64,000 nt of DNA. Origin: a virus. The notes beneath the pieces were generated by a model. It had not been told where the DNA came from and did no database searches. It was given only the letters and a program-made list of their open reading frames with translations. Location of the stretch: positions 32,001-96,000 of IMG/VR virus record IMGVR_UViG_3300050821_008386. One strand, 5' to 3'. Below, piece after piece: positions 1-8,918 of the stretch (position 1 is the first letter of the stretch; each line of letters begins with the position of its first letter). The position numbers were made by a program, and so were the translations under genes.

Positions 1-246
1 CGACCCTTCATAAGCGTAACCGTCTCCCACTACGTCGATCCGCGGGAACCGGTGTTTATTTTTGTTTGCGGACGGAGTGACAACCACCGCGACTTCATCG
101 GAGCTATTGGGCGAAAGATAGCCTTTATAGATGATCGTCAGGGTGTTAGCCCATTTGCCGAGATCATTTTTGCCGGTGCGCTCAAATGCTTCGCACTCGA
201 TGATCTGGCGCCCGCGTAAATGCAGATCAAGGCCGGTCGTGTTCAT
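1..246 (-). CDS. Hypothetical protein, truncated by the window edge
   Basis: ATG at 246 opens a frame (MNTTGLDLHLRGRQIIECEAF...) with no stop before position 1; not in the ORF track. Confidence 0.55.
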   Translation of the reverse strand, partial: MNTTGLDLHLRGRQIIECEAFERTGKNDLGKWANTLTIIYKGYLSPNSSDEVAVVVTPSANKNKHRFPRIDVVGDGYAYEGS

Positions 247-443
247 GGGGAGAGTCAGGCTGGAAAACGTGTAGTTGAATCGGGTCAATCATCTTAGCGC
301 AACCTAGTTTTGGCGTGAATTCGGAGTGAGACGCCACACGTCGATAAAATTCTATCAACGCAGCGGGATTATCGATGCAACCGCTGCGGTCATTTATTAT
401 GTAGTCAATTCCTCGGGGCATATGCGAACGTAAGTATCCAGTC

Positions 444-992
444 ATGAGTTACGGGGAGCAAGACAAAAAGGAATTGATCATCGCCGATCAGCGGTTGAAC
501 CAGTGGCACGAGATCTGGCAAGCCCGCGTCAGCGGCAAATCCACTTACCAGATCGCTAAAGCGTTCGGCCTGACCATCGGCAACGTGAAAAACATTCTAG
601 CCGAATGCCGCAAAGAGTTCCGGGGCGAGACGAAGAACAATGTGGAAGAAGAGATGCATTTGGATCTGGCCAGGTGCGACGAAATGCTCTCTCAATATCA
701 ACCGGTGGCCGCCGCCATGACCGTGATGGTTCAGCGAATGAACGCGAATGGCGATGCTTTTACCGATGACGAATGGAAATATCCGCTGGCGGCCGCCAAG
801 ATCGTTCTGGACACCATCAAATTGCGCGGAGAAATCCTCGGGTACAAAAAGGATGGGCCCGTCGAGAAAGGTCAGGATAACGATTCAATCCTCTGGATGC
901 GCAGAGCAACAGAAGCCAAAGTGGTAAGAACCGAACCAGTCACACCTGTCAATACTCAAGACGCACCTCTGGATCTGTCTTGGCCCGAATAG
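444..992 (+). CDS. HTH-containing protein, possible terminase small subunit
   Basis: N-terminal HTH-like segment (GKSTYQIAKAFGLTIGNVKNIL) followed by helical region ending in IKLRGEILGY, an architecture common in small terminases. Confidence 0.55.
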   Translation: MSYGEQDKKELIIADQRLNQWHEIWQARVSGKSTYQIAKAFGLTIGNVKNILAECRKEFRGETKNNVEEEMHLDLARCDEMLSQYQPVAAAMTVMVQRMNANGDAFTDDEWKYPLAAAKIVLDTIKLRGEILGYKKDGPVEKGQDNDSILWMRRATEAKVVRTEPVTPVNTQDAPLDLSWPE

Positions 993-1263
993 CGTTCTGC
1001 GAATTTTCGTAGGTCAACCAGCGACGACCGGGCAAATGCCGTTTACCCCAGCGTTCTTTCAAGATCTCCTCGGCGGTGCCAACGGGCTCGTTCTCGGCAT
1101 CCATCTGCCGGAGGAACCGGTAAAGAGCGTCACGCTGGATCTGCCCTCGTGATTCGCCTGTCCGTTCACTGAACCTGATCAACCAAAGGTCCAGTTTAGC
1201 CGGTAGATGATAATTACGCCAGAAGGTCAGCGGTGATTTGCCTGTGCGCATAGAGCTTAACAC
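949..1263 (-). CDS. Small DNA-binding protein, ribbon-helix-helix-like
   Basis: YHLPAKLDLWLIRFSERTGESRGQIQRDALYRFL fits an RHH/CopG pattern; true start may be the MRTGK methionine. Confidence 0.5.
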   Translation of the reverse strand: MLSSMRTGKSPLTFWRNYHLPAKLDLWLIRFSERTGESRGQIQRDALYRFLRQMDAENEPVGTAEEILKERWGKRHLPGRRWLTYENSQNAIRAKTDPEVRLEY

Positions 1264-1274
1264 TATGCTATCGT

Positions 1275-1517
1275 TTGCAGATGTTCATGCAGCGTTTTAC
1301 GGGGACCAAAGTACGGAGCATCATCATGAGGAACGGCACGAAATACAATATCGATCCACCCAAAGATGATTACCCCTTCTGGATGATCAGTTGGCATGAT
1401 AAAGCGGCTAAAACGTACAATGCCAAGCAATTCCGTTTCCGATTGGACGAGCAAGGCAGCGATCTCGGGCGAAAAGAAGCGCAAGAGTTCTTGCAGGAAC
1501 GCCGCTTAATGCGATAG
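1275..1517 (+). CDS. Hypothetical protein (AP2-like C-terminus possible)
   Basis: ORF of about 80 aa; WMISWHD...KQFRF...KEAQEF loosely resembles AP2-type domains; start uncertain. Confidence 0.4.
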   Translation: MQMFMQRFTGTKVRSIIMRNGTKYNIDPPKDDYPFWMISWHDKAAKTYNAKQFRFRLDEQGSDLGRKEAQEFLQERRLMR

Positions 1518-1612
1518 ATGACTGCGTAATTGTTCGGGGGAACAATAAGACCGGAAGGGTGCGGCGGTTGCTCATTTTCTTACCGCGCCCTCCGGTTACC
1601 CCTCTTTAAATT

Positions 1613-1843
1613 ATGCAGGGAGACGAAACAGCAGCCCAGATCACCGTCCGAGTGCTGAGTGACAGCAGTCTGGTTCCCGATATCGCGGACTCCAATCAGA
1701 CCACTGTCCCGTCCGATCTCAGCAATCTGTACGCCCAATTTTACGCTCAATCGACCTATCTGCCCCAAAGTACGGGAATTCCCTACAGTGTTTCACTGAT
1801 TACGGGAGGTTCACTTCCCTATGATGGACAGGGTGCTTCCTGA
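1613..1843 (+). CDS. Small paralogous protein 1, putative virion decoration
   Basis: Shares LVxxIADxxxxVPxDxxxLYxQFxAQS motif with 2064-2279 and 1863-2060. Confidence 0.7.
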   Translation: MQGDETAAQITVRVLSDSSLVPDIADSNQTTVPSDLSNLYAQFYAQSTYLPQSTGIPYSVSLITGGSLPYDGQGAS

Positions 1844-1862
1844 CGTGTAAATTGCACGGTAT

Positions 1863-2060
1863 ATGGACGACAGCAGCCTGCTCAATATCGCGGCCAGCGT
1901 AATTAACGTCGATACCGACCAGATCAATAGTCTTGCTCCGGGCCAGGTGCCGGCGGTCATCGCTCCGACTGCTGCCGATACCGGGACCGCTATTCCGCCG
2001 GAAATGGCGAATCTTTACGCCACCATCGTCAACCAAATCGAGAACCAAGGCAGAATCTAA
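1863..2060 (+). CDS. Small paralogous protein 2
   Basis: C-terminus TAIPPEMANLYATIVNQIENQGRI aligns with neighbouring genes. Confidence 0.7.
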   Translation: MDDSSLLNIAASVINVDTDQINSLAPGQVPAVIAPTAADTGTAIPPEMANLYATIVNQIENQGRI

Positions 2061-2063
2061 AAA

Positions 2064-2279
2064 ATGGCTGATTACACGGGTCTAACCGAAACGCTGGACG
2101 TTTTATCTTTAGGGACCACGGACGGAGTCGGGCCGTTCCCAACCGGATTTACTTATACCTCGGTGCCAACCGACGCACTGGTAGCCAATATCGCGGACGC
2201 TTCAGGACTGGTTTCACCCGACATGAAGCCGTTATTCATCCAGTTCGTTGCGCAATCGTGGTATTCGTACCGGATTTAA
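2064..2279 (+). CDS. Small paralogous protein 3
   Basis: C-terminus VSPDMKPLFIQFVAQSWYSYRI; starts 3 nt after the previous stop. Confidence 0.7.
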   Translation: MADYTGLTETLDVLSLGTTDGVGPFPTGFTYTSVPTDALVANIADASGLVSPDMKPLFIQFVAQSWYSYRI

Positions 2280-2354
2280 TGCGTTCGCAAGCATAAGTCC
2301 TTGGCGTTGTAAATCTTATTGGATAAGCGGAGAAATATCCGTTAAATTTATCCA

Positions 2355-2594
2355 ATGCCGGGAAACGCTGCGAACGAAACGAAATCCAATACGCCGCTAC
2401 TCACCAATAATGTGACGGCGGCGACTGGCGGAATCTCGATATCGAACGGAAACGCCATGTTAGCGTCTCCGACCGCAGCAGAACCTACCGGCACTCTTAC
2501 TCACGGTGCCCAGAACGGGAATAAAACAGATCGCGGTCTGGCTTACGTGATTCTCCAGATACTGCAACAGTCCACCTCGCTCTATCGCGTCTAA
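2355..2594 (+). CDS. Small paralogous protein 4
   Basis: LTHGAQNGN...QQSTSLYRV matches the C-terminus of 6138-8918 (LTNGAQQGN...KQGDKKYRI). Confidence 0.7.
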   Translation: MPGNAANETKSNTPLLTNNVTAATGGISISNGNAMLASPTAAEPTGTLTHGAQNGNKTDRGLAYVILQILQQSTSLYRV

Positions 2595-2597
2595 ATT

Positions 2598-2969
2598 ATG
2601 GCTCTTACCGCTAATCCACTCGTAAACGCTACGTCCGATCGCGGGGATATCTCCTCGATGAAACTGTTTCAGGATCTTAACGGACCCTGCAACCCGACTC
2701 CTGGCACCACCACTTCGCAGGCGTACGCGTTTAACTATATCCCGGCCACGAGCGCAAACCTGACTGCCATCAATAACCTGCTGGCGTCCGCTGGCGTTCC
2801 GAATAACGGATATACGGCACTCGTGGTTTCGCTCGGTAACCACCAGATTTTCGCTACCAAAGCGACTGGACTGCCCAGTGCAACCCTACCGTCGGGGACC
2901 ACTCCGTTTGTCTCGATCTACTTCGATGGCAACGAATTGATGTCGAGCGGCAACCTTACTTTCCCGTAA
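2598..2969 (+). CDS. Hypothetical protein, probably structural
   Basis: Thr/Ser/Asn-rich 123-aa ORF 3 nt downstream of the previous gene. Confidence 0.65.
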   Translation: MALTANPLVNATSDRGDISSMKLFQDLNGPCNPTPGTTTSQAYAFNYIPATSANLTAINNLLASAGVPNNGYTALVVSLGNHQIFATKATGLPSATLPSGTTPFVSIYFDGNELMSSGNLTFP

Positions 2970-2971
2970 GG

Positions 2972-3217
2972 CTAAAGCTGCGGCGGAATGGGCCGAACTT
3001 TGGAGAACTTCTTGAAGTTCGGCTTGATATGATTGGCGTTAAATTGCCCCTTAGATGGGGCATTCAATAATCCTTGGTAAACGCTTTCAGGCACACCATC
3101 GAACACGTACTTGAAGGTGCCGCCCTTATACTGGACGTGCAACTGCTGAGTTTTAGGATCGTACCCGGCGGAATGAACTGTGCTCGATTTCGGGAACGGT
3201 ATCATCTTAGGATCCAT
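2972..3217 (-). CDS. KTSC domain protein
   Basis: SSTVHSAGYDPKTQQLHVQYKGG..YVFDGVPESVYQGLLNAPSKGQFNANHIK matches the KTSC signature. Confidence 0.92.
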   Translation of the reverse strand: MDPKMIPFPKSSTVHSAGYDPKTQQLHVQYKGGTFKYVFDGVPESVYQGLLNAPSKGQFNANHIKPNFKKFSKVRPIPPQL

Positions 3218-3307
3218 ATCGTTAAGCCTCTCTGACCAGATCGTGGTCGATAGTATGCCGCTTTGGGGTATCGCACTCGCGGCGGTCGTTTTGATGTTCG
3301 TCAGACG

Positions 3308-4321
3308 CTAAAGCATTCCAACGGTTGTCTGGCACCGTTCGCGAGCCATCCGTACGTACTCGGGATTTAATTCGATTCCTATACATCGTCGCCCTAATTC
3401 AATTGAGACCTTGCCGGTTGTACCCGAACCAAAGAATGGGTCGAGAACGATATCACCTAATCGCGAGCCGGCCATTACGCACGGTTTAATCAGGTCTTCA
3501 GGGAACGTAGCGAAATGAGCGTCAGGAAACGGGCAAGTGTTTACGGTCCAGACGTCACGTTTGTTGCGCATCACGGAGCACTGCTCTTCCTTTGTCATTT
3601 GATCCCATCGATCGTTAAATCCGTTGTGACGGCGACCATGGCCGCGTTGCTTATCTTGCCGCTCTTTTTCCTGTTTTTTGGACCTCCGAGTAAATCCTTG
3701 AGCATGAGGTGAATGCTGATCTCCGTTTGGTCCTGCGTAGATACCCGGTTCCTTGATTGCCTCGAAATCGTAGAAGTAACGTTCGCTCTTACTCAACAGA
3801 AAGATGAACTCGTGCGAACGGGTGGGACGGTCAGTGACCGATTCAGGCATGGGGTTTTGTTTATGCCAGACAATATCGCTTCTAAGCCACCATCCATCAG
3901 CACGAAGAGCAAAGGCCAGCATCCACGGGATGCCCACGAGATCTTTTGGCTTGAGCCCGTTGGGCGTCTCCGGTCGGAACTTTCTACTTCCATCAGCCCT
4001 TCTGTTACTGACTCCTGATAATATCCCTTCTTGTCGCAGCGAGTCACCCATGGTACCCGGTGCCGTCGAGCAAAACGAATCCCCGACGTTTACCCAAAGT
4101 GTCCCATCATTCTTCAGAACTCTCTTCACTTCTCTGAACACCTCGACCATCCTAGCGATATAGAGTTCAGGAGTTGCCTCAAGGCCCATTTGCCTCTCGT
4201 TACCGTAATCGCGTAACCCCCAGTAAGGTGGAGAAGTCACACACGTTTGAACGGTTTCAGAGGGAATGGACATGAGAAATTCCAGTGCATCTCCCTCAAG
4301 GATCGTCAGGATCTTGTCCAT
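3308..4321 (-). CDS. DNA amino-methyltransferase (N4-C/N6-A, beta class), orphan
   Basis: Catalytic TSPPYWGLRDY near the N-terminus, HFATFP, and SAM-binding VLDPFFGSGTTG near the C-terminus; no cognate endonuclease adjacent. Confidence 0.95.
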   Translation of the reverse strand: MDKILTILEGDALEFLMSIPSETVQTCVTSPPYWGLRDYGNERQMGLEATPELYIARMVEVFREVKRVLKNDGTLWVNVGDSFCSTAPGTMGDSLRQEGILSGVSNRRADGSRKFRPETPNGLKPKDLVGIPWMLAFALRADGWWLRSDIVWHKQNPMPESVTDRPTRSHEFIFLLSKSERYFYDFEAIKEPGIYAGPNGDQHSPHAQGFTRRSKKQEKERQDKQRGHGRRHNGFNDRWDQMTKEEQCSVMRNKRDVWTVNTCPFPDAHFATFPEDLIKPCVMAGSRLGDIVLDPFFGSGTTGKVSIELGRRCIGIELNPEYVRMARERCQTTVGML

Positions 4322-4642
4322 TTATACGCTAGGAACATTCGGCATCGGCGTCGGACGAGCGCTCGGCGGCGCGGGAATTCGCGGAGGTCCGCCAGAAGCG
4401 AGATTGTTCAGCGCGTCACTGGACTCTTTCTGCTGATTTTCAAAATTGCTTTGGGGCGTCTCCCAGTTGCCGCGAACGACGCCTGCGGTCGCTGGCTTGA
4501 ACTTGCCGGGATGCTCTCCGACACCTGCGCTATGGAGGATCGCTTTAAGGATATGATCATGCAACGCCGGGTCCTCGTTATCGTGGTTGTCCTGTGCCTG
4601 GTCGAGGTTGCCGTTAGCGTGGATATGGCTCAAGTCTCGCAT
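4322..4642 (-). CDS. Hypothetical protein
   Basis: Abuts the methyltransferase through a TAAATG junction; start taken at MRDLSH (ORF track extends to 4681). Confidence 0.6.
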   Translation of the reverse strand: MRDLSHIHANGNLDQAQDNHDNEDPALHDHILKAILHSAGVGEHPGKFKPATAGVVRGNWETPQSNFENQQKESSDALNNLASGGPPRIPAPPSARPTPMPNVPSV

Positions 4643-4725
4643 AGTAGAAGAAAACCTACCACATGCTATCGCAAGCATCAAGCCTGCTCTTGCCCATCAA
4701 CGGGTCTTTTTATTATATTATCCCC

Positions 4726-4911
4726 ATGACTTGCTGGATGGCTTTCTCGATGACTTGCCAACCGACGTTGCCTGACTATTACGCGGTCGAGTGCAATTCG
4801 GGGTTTGTCTCACTCTCTTACTGGGACGGCGACAGCTTTGATCTGCACGGAGTGACTTACTGGTCCAACGTCCCGTCCGGGCCGATCTCATCTGCGCCAA
4901 CGTCTCCATAG
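4726..4911 (+). CDS. Small hypothetical protein (DUF551-like pattern)
   Basis: W...P...YAV...YWDGDSF...VTYWSNVP pattern typical of small phage proteins; AT-rich promoter-like sequence just upstream. Confidence 0.5.
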   Translation: MTCWMAFSMTCQPTLPDYYAVECNSGFVSLSYWDGDSFDLHGVTYWSNVPSGPISSAPTSP

Positions 4912-4945
4912 CGAGGGGGATACAACTCGTGGTAACGTTTAAAGA

Positions 4946-6136
4946 ATGCCAGATGACAGAGTAGGGTTCTCCACCCATTTCGATCAGATTGGCGGATCAC
5001 CTTACTGGGCGTCCAGAATCGTGATGCCGCTGATCCAGGCAAGCGGCGTTCAATACGTCCGAGACGATTGGAATTGGAGTTTGGGCGAAGTAACTCCGGG
5101 CGTTTACACGATGAACGCCTCTAAACTGGATTGGCTGCAGGTAGCGGCGGAATACGGCCTTAAAGTGGTTGCTATCCTGAACCCTAACCTGAACAAGATT
5201 TACGCTGATCCATACGATCCGACTGCGGCCGCCAACTATTGCGCGTGGTTGATGGGGCAAGTGGGTTCGATGATCGATACGATCGAGGTCACTAACGAGC
5301 CCAACAACTATTACGCCGGAGTCGAAGGATCCAACTGGGAAGCGATGCTGGTCACTTTGACCGACACCATCTATCACGCGGTTAAAGCGGTCAGCCCGAA
5401 CACGCGAATCATCAGTTACGGCGGACAGGGAGCGCAGGTACTGAGCATGCTGGGGATGGGGTCGCCTTATCTGGACGGTGTCGTGTACCATCCATACGAC
5501 GCCGGCGACAATGTGCCTGAACACGTTTATGAACCTCCCTTTACGAGTTACGTGCCTTGGGTCCAAGCGGTGCGAGCGGCCACCGGCGTCCCGATCTGGG
5601 AGACTGAACGCAACGGATCCGGGGGTGGCGAATTCTATTTTAACGTCTGGAACAGTCGCCGGTTCCTTTTGAGTTACGGACTGGGGATCGAACACAGTTT
5701 CCTGTACGATTTTACCGACACGTCCAATCAATCGGTGATGGATAATAATTACGGCAAACGACAGGCGTATTACGCTATGCAAGCCGTGATGAACGCAATG
5801 AACGGTGTCACGACTACCGGAGTCGGGGTGACCCTGACACCGGGCCAGAGCAATTTCGATCTGACCGACTTTTATTCGTACGTTTACGCGGGACCGTCCA
5901 AGACCGTGGCAGCGGTCTGGTTAGGGAATCACGCGCCGAACGCCCCGCCGTTACCGGGATCAGGGACGGTCACTTTCACGGTCTTAAACTCGCTCACCAG
6001 CGCGTCAGTGATTGTCGATATTGTTAAAGGGATCACCGTCCCGTTAACTTCCTACAACATCTCTCTAGTCGGAACCCAACTGAGCGTGTTCGCGTTCCCG
6101 ATCACGGACCATCCGCAAATGATCATCGTCCAATAA
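4946..6136 (+). CDS. Clan GH-A glycoside hydrolase (GH5/GH39-like), putative virion depolymerase
   Basis: VRDDWNW, acid/base IEVTNEPN, YHPY and nucleophile IWETE motifs. Confidence 0.85.
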   Translation: MPDDRVGFSTHFDQIGGSPYWASRIVMPLIQASGVQYVRDDWNWSLGEVTPGVYTMNASKLDWLQVAAEYGLKVVAILNPNLNKIYADPYDPTAAANYCAWLMGQVGSMIDTIEVTNEPNNYYAGVEGSNWEAMLVTLTDTIYHAVKAVSPNTRIISYGGQGAQVLSMLGMGSPYLDGVVYHPYDAGDNVPEHVYEPPFTSYVPWVQAVRAATGVPIWETERNGSGGGEFYFNVWNSRRFLLSYGLGIEHSFLYDFTDTSNQSVMDNNYGKRQAYYAMQAVMNAMNGVTTTGVGVTLTPGQSNFDLTDFYSYVYAGPSKTVAAVWLGNHAPNAPPLPGSGTVTFTVLNSLTSASVIVDIVKGITVPLTSYNISLVGTQLSVFAFPITDHPQMIIVQ

Positions 6137-6137
6137 G

Positions 6138-8918
6138 ATGGCCTTAAACTTCGTCGCGGCATCCTCTCAATGCATTTTCCTGACTACCGCCAACAGTCAG
6201 CCTGCGTCATCGGCGGAAATCCAGAAATGGCCAGCGACATTCGCTTGCTGGTTTAACGCCGCAACAATCGGAACGCCGCCAGCGACCAATACCTTGATGG
6301 CTCTGGATTGTACCGTGGTCCAGACCAATAACCGGTGGCTGATGCGGCTTACCGGGAACGTGCCGTCGATCCTCACCAGTACTTCAGGCGGATTTCTGGC
6401 GACTCCATCGACCGGGACCGTATCGACCTCGACCTGGACGCATCTGGCAATGACAATCACCTCGGCTACCTCCAGGACAATCTATCTGAACGGAGTGGCA
6501 ACCTCTGATCTGGTCAGTACGATCAGTTTCCCGATCGGACAGAACAACATTTGTATCGGCGCGGATTTCAACGCGACAACCACCGCAGCGAACTTTTTTA
6601 ACGGTTCGATCGCCTTCCCGGCAATCTGGAATACGGCGCTTTCCCAGTCCGACATCAACACCCTCTACAATTCGGGGTCCGGCAACGATCCGCGGATTGT
6701 CGAACCGGACAATCTTCTGACCTTGATGCTGTTCGCGCCGACGAACACTTATCAGGACAACATCAATCTCAACATCTGGACGCCACAAGGAGGTCCCACC
6801 CAAGTCGCTGATCCGTTTGTGGTGGGAGTGTCTCCTCCCGTAATGGATGTCCCGATCCCGACTCTGGTTACCGCAACAACCGCTACCCTCAACGGGACAA
6901 TCATTTTTACGCGCGGTGCCACGCCAACAGTCGAAGGATTCAATTACGGGACCACCACCGGGTACGGGACTAACGTTTCCAATACCGGAACATTCGCGCC
7001 GGGTGCCTACTCGATAGGCATCACTGGCCTGACACCCAGCACGATTTATCATTTCAGAGCGTTTGCCACCAACAGCGCCGGGACCGGAGTCAGTATCGAC
7101 GGATATTTCACAACTCTGGGCACCGGGTTGCCGCCGGGAACGCCTGCACCGTTTTTCGAGAAACTCGGCTATTCCTGCAACTTCGATCAACAAGGCGCTT
7201 CCCCGAACTGGAATCCGCCCAAAGTGATGCCGCTAATCGCCGCCTCAGGGGCCATGTGGATACGCGACACGGTCAACTGGAGCGTGTTTGAACCGACCGA
7301 AGGGGTTTATGCCTTGGACGGCGTTAAATCGGTCTGGATGGCGTTAATCCACACGCTGGGGATGAAATTCTGCGGACTGATCCAGTATCCACCCAGATTT
7401 TACGGGAACGTCTCGATTAACCCGAACGAAAACTGGCCCCTGATTCCGTGCGCCAATTTCTGTGCCTGGTTAGCGTCGACCGGACTCTGTGACGTGATCG
7501 AGCTCGTCAACGAAGCTAATAACGTCACTCAATTCCAAGGACCGCCGAATAACGGGTCGAACGCCAACATGGACGCGCTGGTCGCCATGACCGTCGCTGC
7601 ACGTGCGGCAATCCGGGCCGCCGGCTACACCACGCCAGTCATCGGTCTGGATGAACAAGGGAGCGAAGTGCTCTACATGGCCTCGCCAAATCCGCTGATC
7701 GATGGCGTCGTCTATCATCCGTACGATCTGAACGATTCCACGCCCGAACACACGTACGAGCCGCCCTACCCGGATTACGTGACCTGGGTCTGGACCGTTC
7801 AGTGGAGCACCACGATACCCATCTGGGAAACCGAATTTAACGGCGATAACAACACCAAATTGTATGGCGAACACGCCATGGCATTATGGCTAGCGCGCCG
7901 ATACCTGCTGGCATGGTGGTTGGGGATCGGGCACACCTTCATCTATAATTTCACCGATATCCCGCTCCAGAGTCTGGTCGACTACAACTACAATCCGCGA
8001 CAGCAATATTGGGTCACGCAACGGACATTGTTAGCCTTGGAAAACGTTAATACGACCGGGCAATACGTCACGGTGACCAACGCCACGTTCGATACGACCA
8101 ATATCCGCAGCACGGTATTCTGCAGCAGCACGAGCACGGTTGCCAGTGTCTGGGTCGGCAACAATAATACCGGATACGCCGGTGGCGTGTTTCAGCCTTC
8201 AGGTACAGCCACGATTTCGTTCCGGTGCATCAACACGCACGTCACCGATTCGGTAGTGGACTCGATGACGGGCCAGTATCTTCCCCTTTCCACTTATTCT
8301 CCGTCCTTGGTTGGTAAGGTGATGACTCTGACTAATTACCCGATCAGCGACACGCCCCAATACATCACGGTGACCGGGGCAAGTCAGTCCTCGCCACCTT
8401 TGGTCGCGACTTACATCGTCTTGAATATCCAGATGACGTTCGTTCAGTTGACCGGTGGAATTACCTTCGATGGCGGTGCCGCATCAACGTTGACCGGGTT
8501 TAATTACGGGCCCACGACCGCGTACGGATCGACTGTCGAAACCGCGCAGGTGGTCGATACCGGAAGTTTCAGCCAAACCGTTTCCTCTCTTCAGCCTGGC
8601 ACCACCTACCACTTTCAGGCGTTCGCGACCAACGCTAACGGCACAGGGACTTCGGATGACGCGACGTTTACGACCTTGGTCAGTCCTCCGCCGCCACCGC
8701 CTTCTGGTGGTGGTCAGGAAAATCCAGAAGAATTGTCTACGTACGACATCCTGCTTCAGAGCATCATCCGAGAAGATAAAGAGCAGATCATCGAGAACCT
8801 CGACGGAGGCCCGAATCCGTTGACCAACGGTGCGCAGCAAGGCAATACGGTGCCGGAAGATATGCAGTATCAGTACCTGAAAGCGTTCAAGCAGGGCGAC
8901 AAAAAGTACCGGATCTAG
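6138..8918 (+). CDS. Multidomain virion protein: LamG-like + FN3-like + GH-A hydrolase + FN3-like + shared C-terminal motif
   Basis: WTHLAMT..TIYLNG..FFNGSI..IWNTALSQSDI (LamG); ITGLTPSTIYHFRAFATN and LQPGTTYHFQAFATN (FN3); IELVNEAN / YHPY / IWETE (GH-A). Confidence 0.85.
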   Translation: MALNFVAASSQCIFLTTANSQPASSAEIQKWPATFACWFNAATIGTPPATNTLMALDCTVVQTNNRWLMRLTGNVPSILTSTSGGFLATPSTGTVSTSTWTHLAMTITSATSRTIYLNGVATSDLVSTISFPIGQNNICIGADFNATTTAANFFNGSIAFPAIWNTALSQSDINTLYNSGSGNDPRIVEPDNLLTLMLFAPTNTYQDNINLNIWTPQGGPTQVADPFVVGVSPPVMDVPIPTLVTATTATLNGTIIFTRGATPTVEGFNYGTTTGYGTNVSNTGTFAPGAYSIGITGLTPSTIYHFRAFATNSAGTGVSIDGYFTTLGTGLPPGTPAPFFEKLGYSCNFDQQGASPNWNPPKVMPLIAASGAMWIRDTVNWSVFEPTEGVYALDGVKSVWMALIHTLGMKFCGLIQYPPRFYGNVSINPNENWPLIPCANFCAWLASTGLCDVIELVNEANNVTQFQGPPNNGSNANMDALVAMTVAARAAIRAAGYTTPVIGLDEQGSEVLYMASPNPLIDGVVYHPYDLNDSTPEHTYEPPYPDYVTWVWTVQWSTTIPIWETEFNGDNNTKLYGEHAMALWLARRYLLAWWLGIGHTFIYNFTDIPLQSLVDYNYNPRQQYWVTQRTLLALENVNTTGQYVTVTNATFDTTNIRSTVFCSSTSTVASVWVGNNNTGYAGGVFQPSGTATISFRCINTHVTDSVVDSMTGQYLPLSTYSPSLVGKVMTLTNYPISDTPQYITVTGASQSSPPLVATYIVLNIQMTFVQLTGGITFDGGAASTLTGFNYGPTTAYGSTVETAQVVDTGSFSQTVSSLQPGTTYHFQAFATNANGTGTSDDATFTTLVSPPPPPPSGGGQENPEELSTYDILLQSIIREDKEQIIENLDGGPNPLTNGAQQGNTVPEDMQYQYLKAFKQGDKKYRI

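Noticed and set aside
3308-4321. Restriction-modification system
   Set aside because: No endonuclease gene adjacent; orphan methyltransferases of this type are common in phages.
4997-5782. 261-aa minus-strand ORF and the many other antisense ORFs inside long genes
   Set aside because: They lie opposite genes with clear family motifs and have no motifs of their own; expected shadow ORFs in GC-rich coding DNA.
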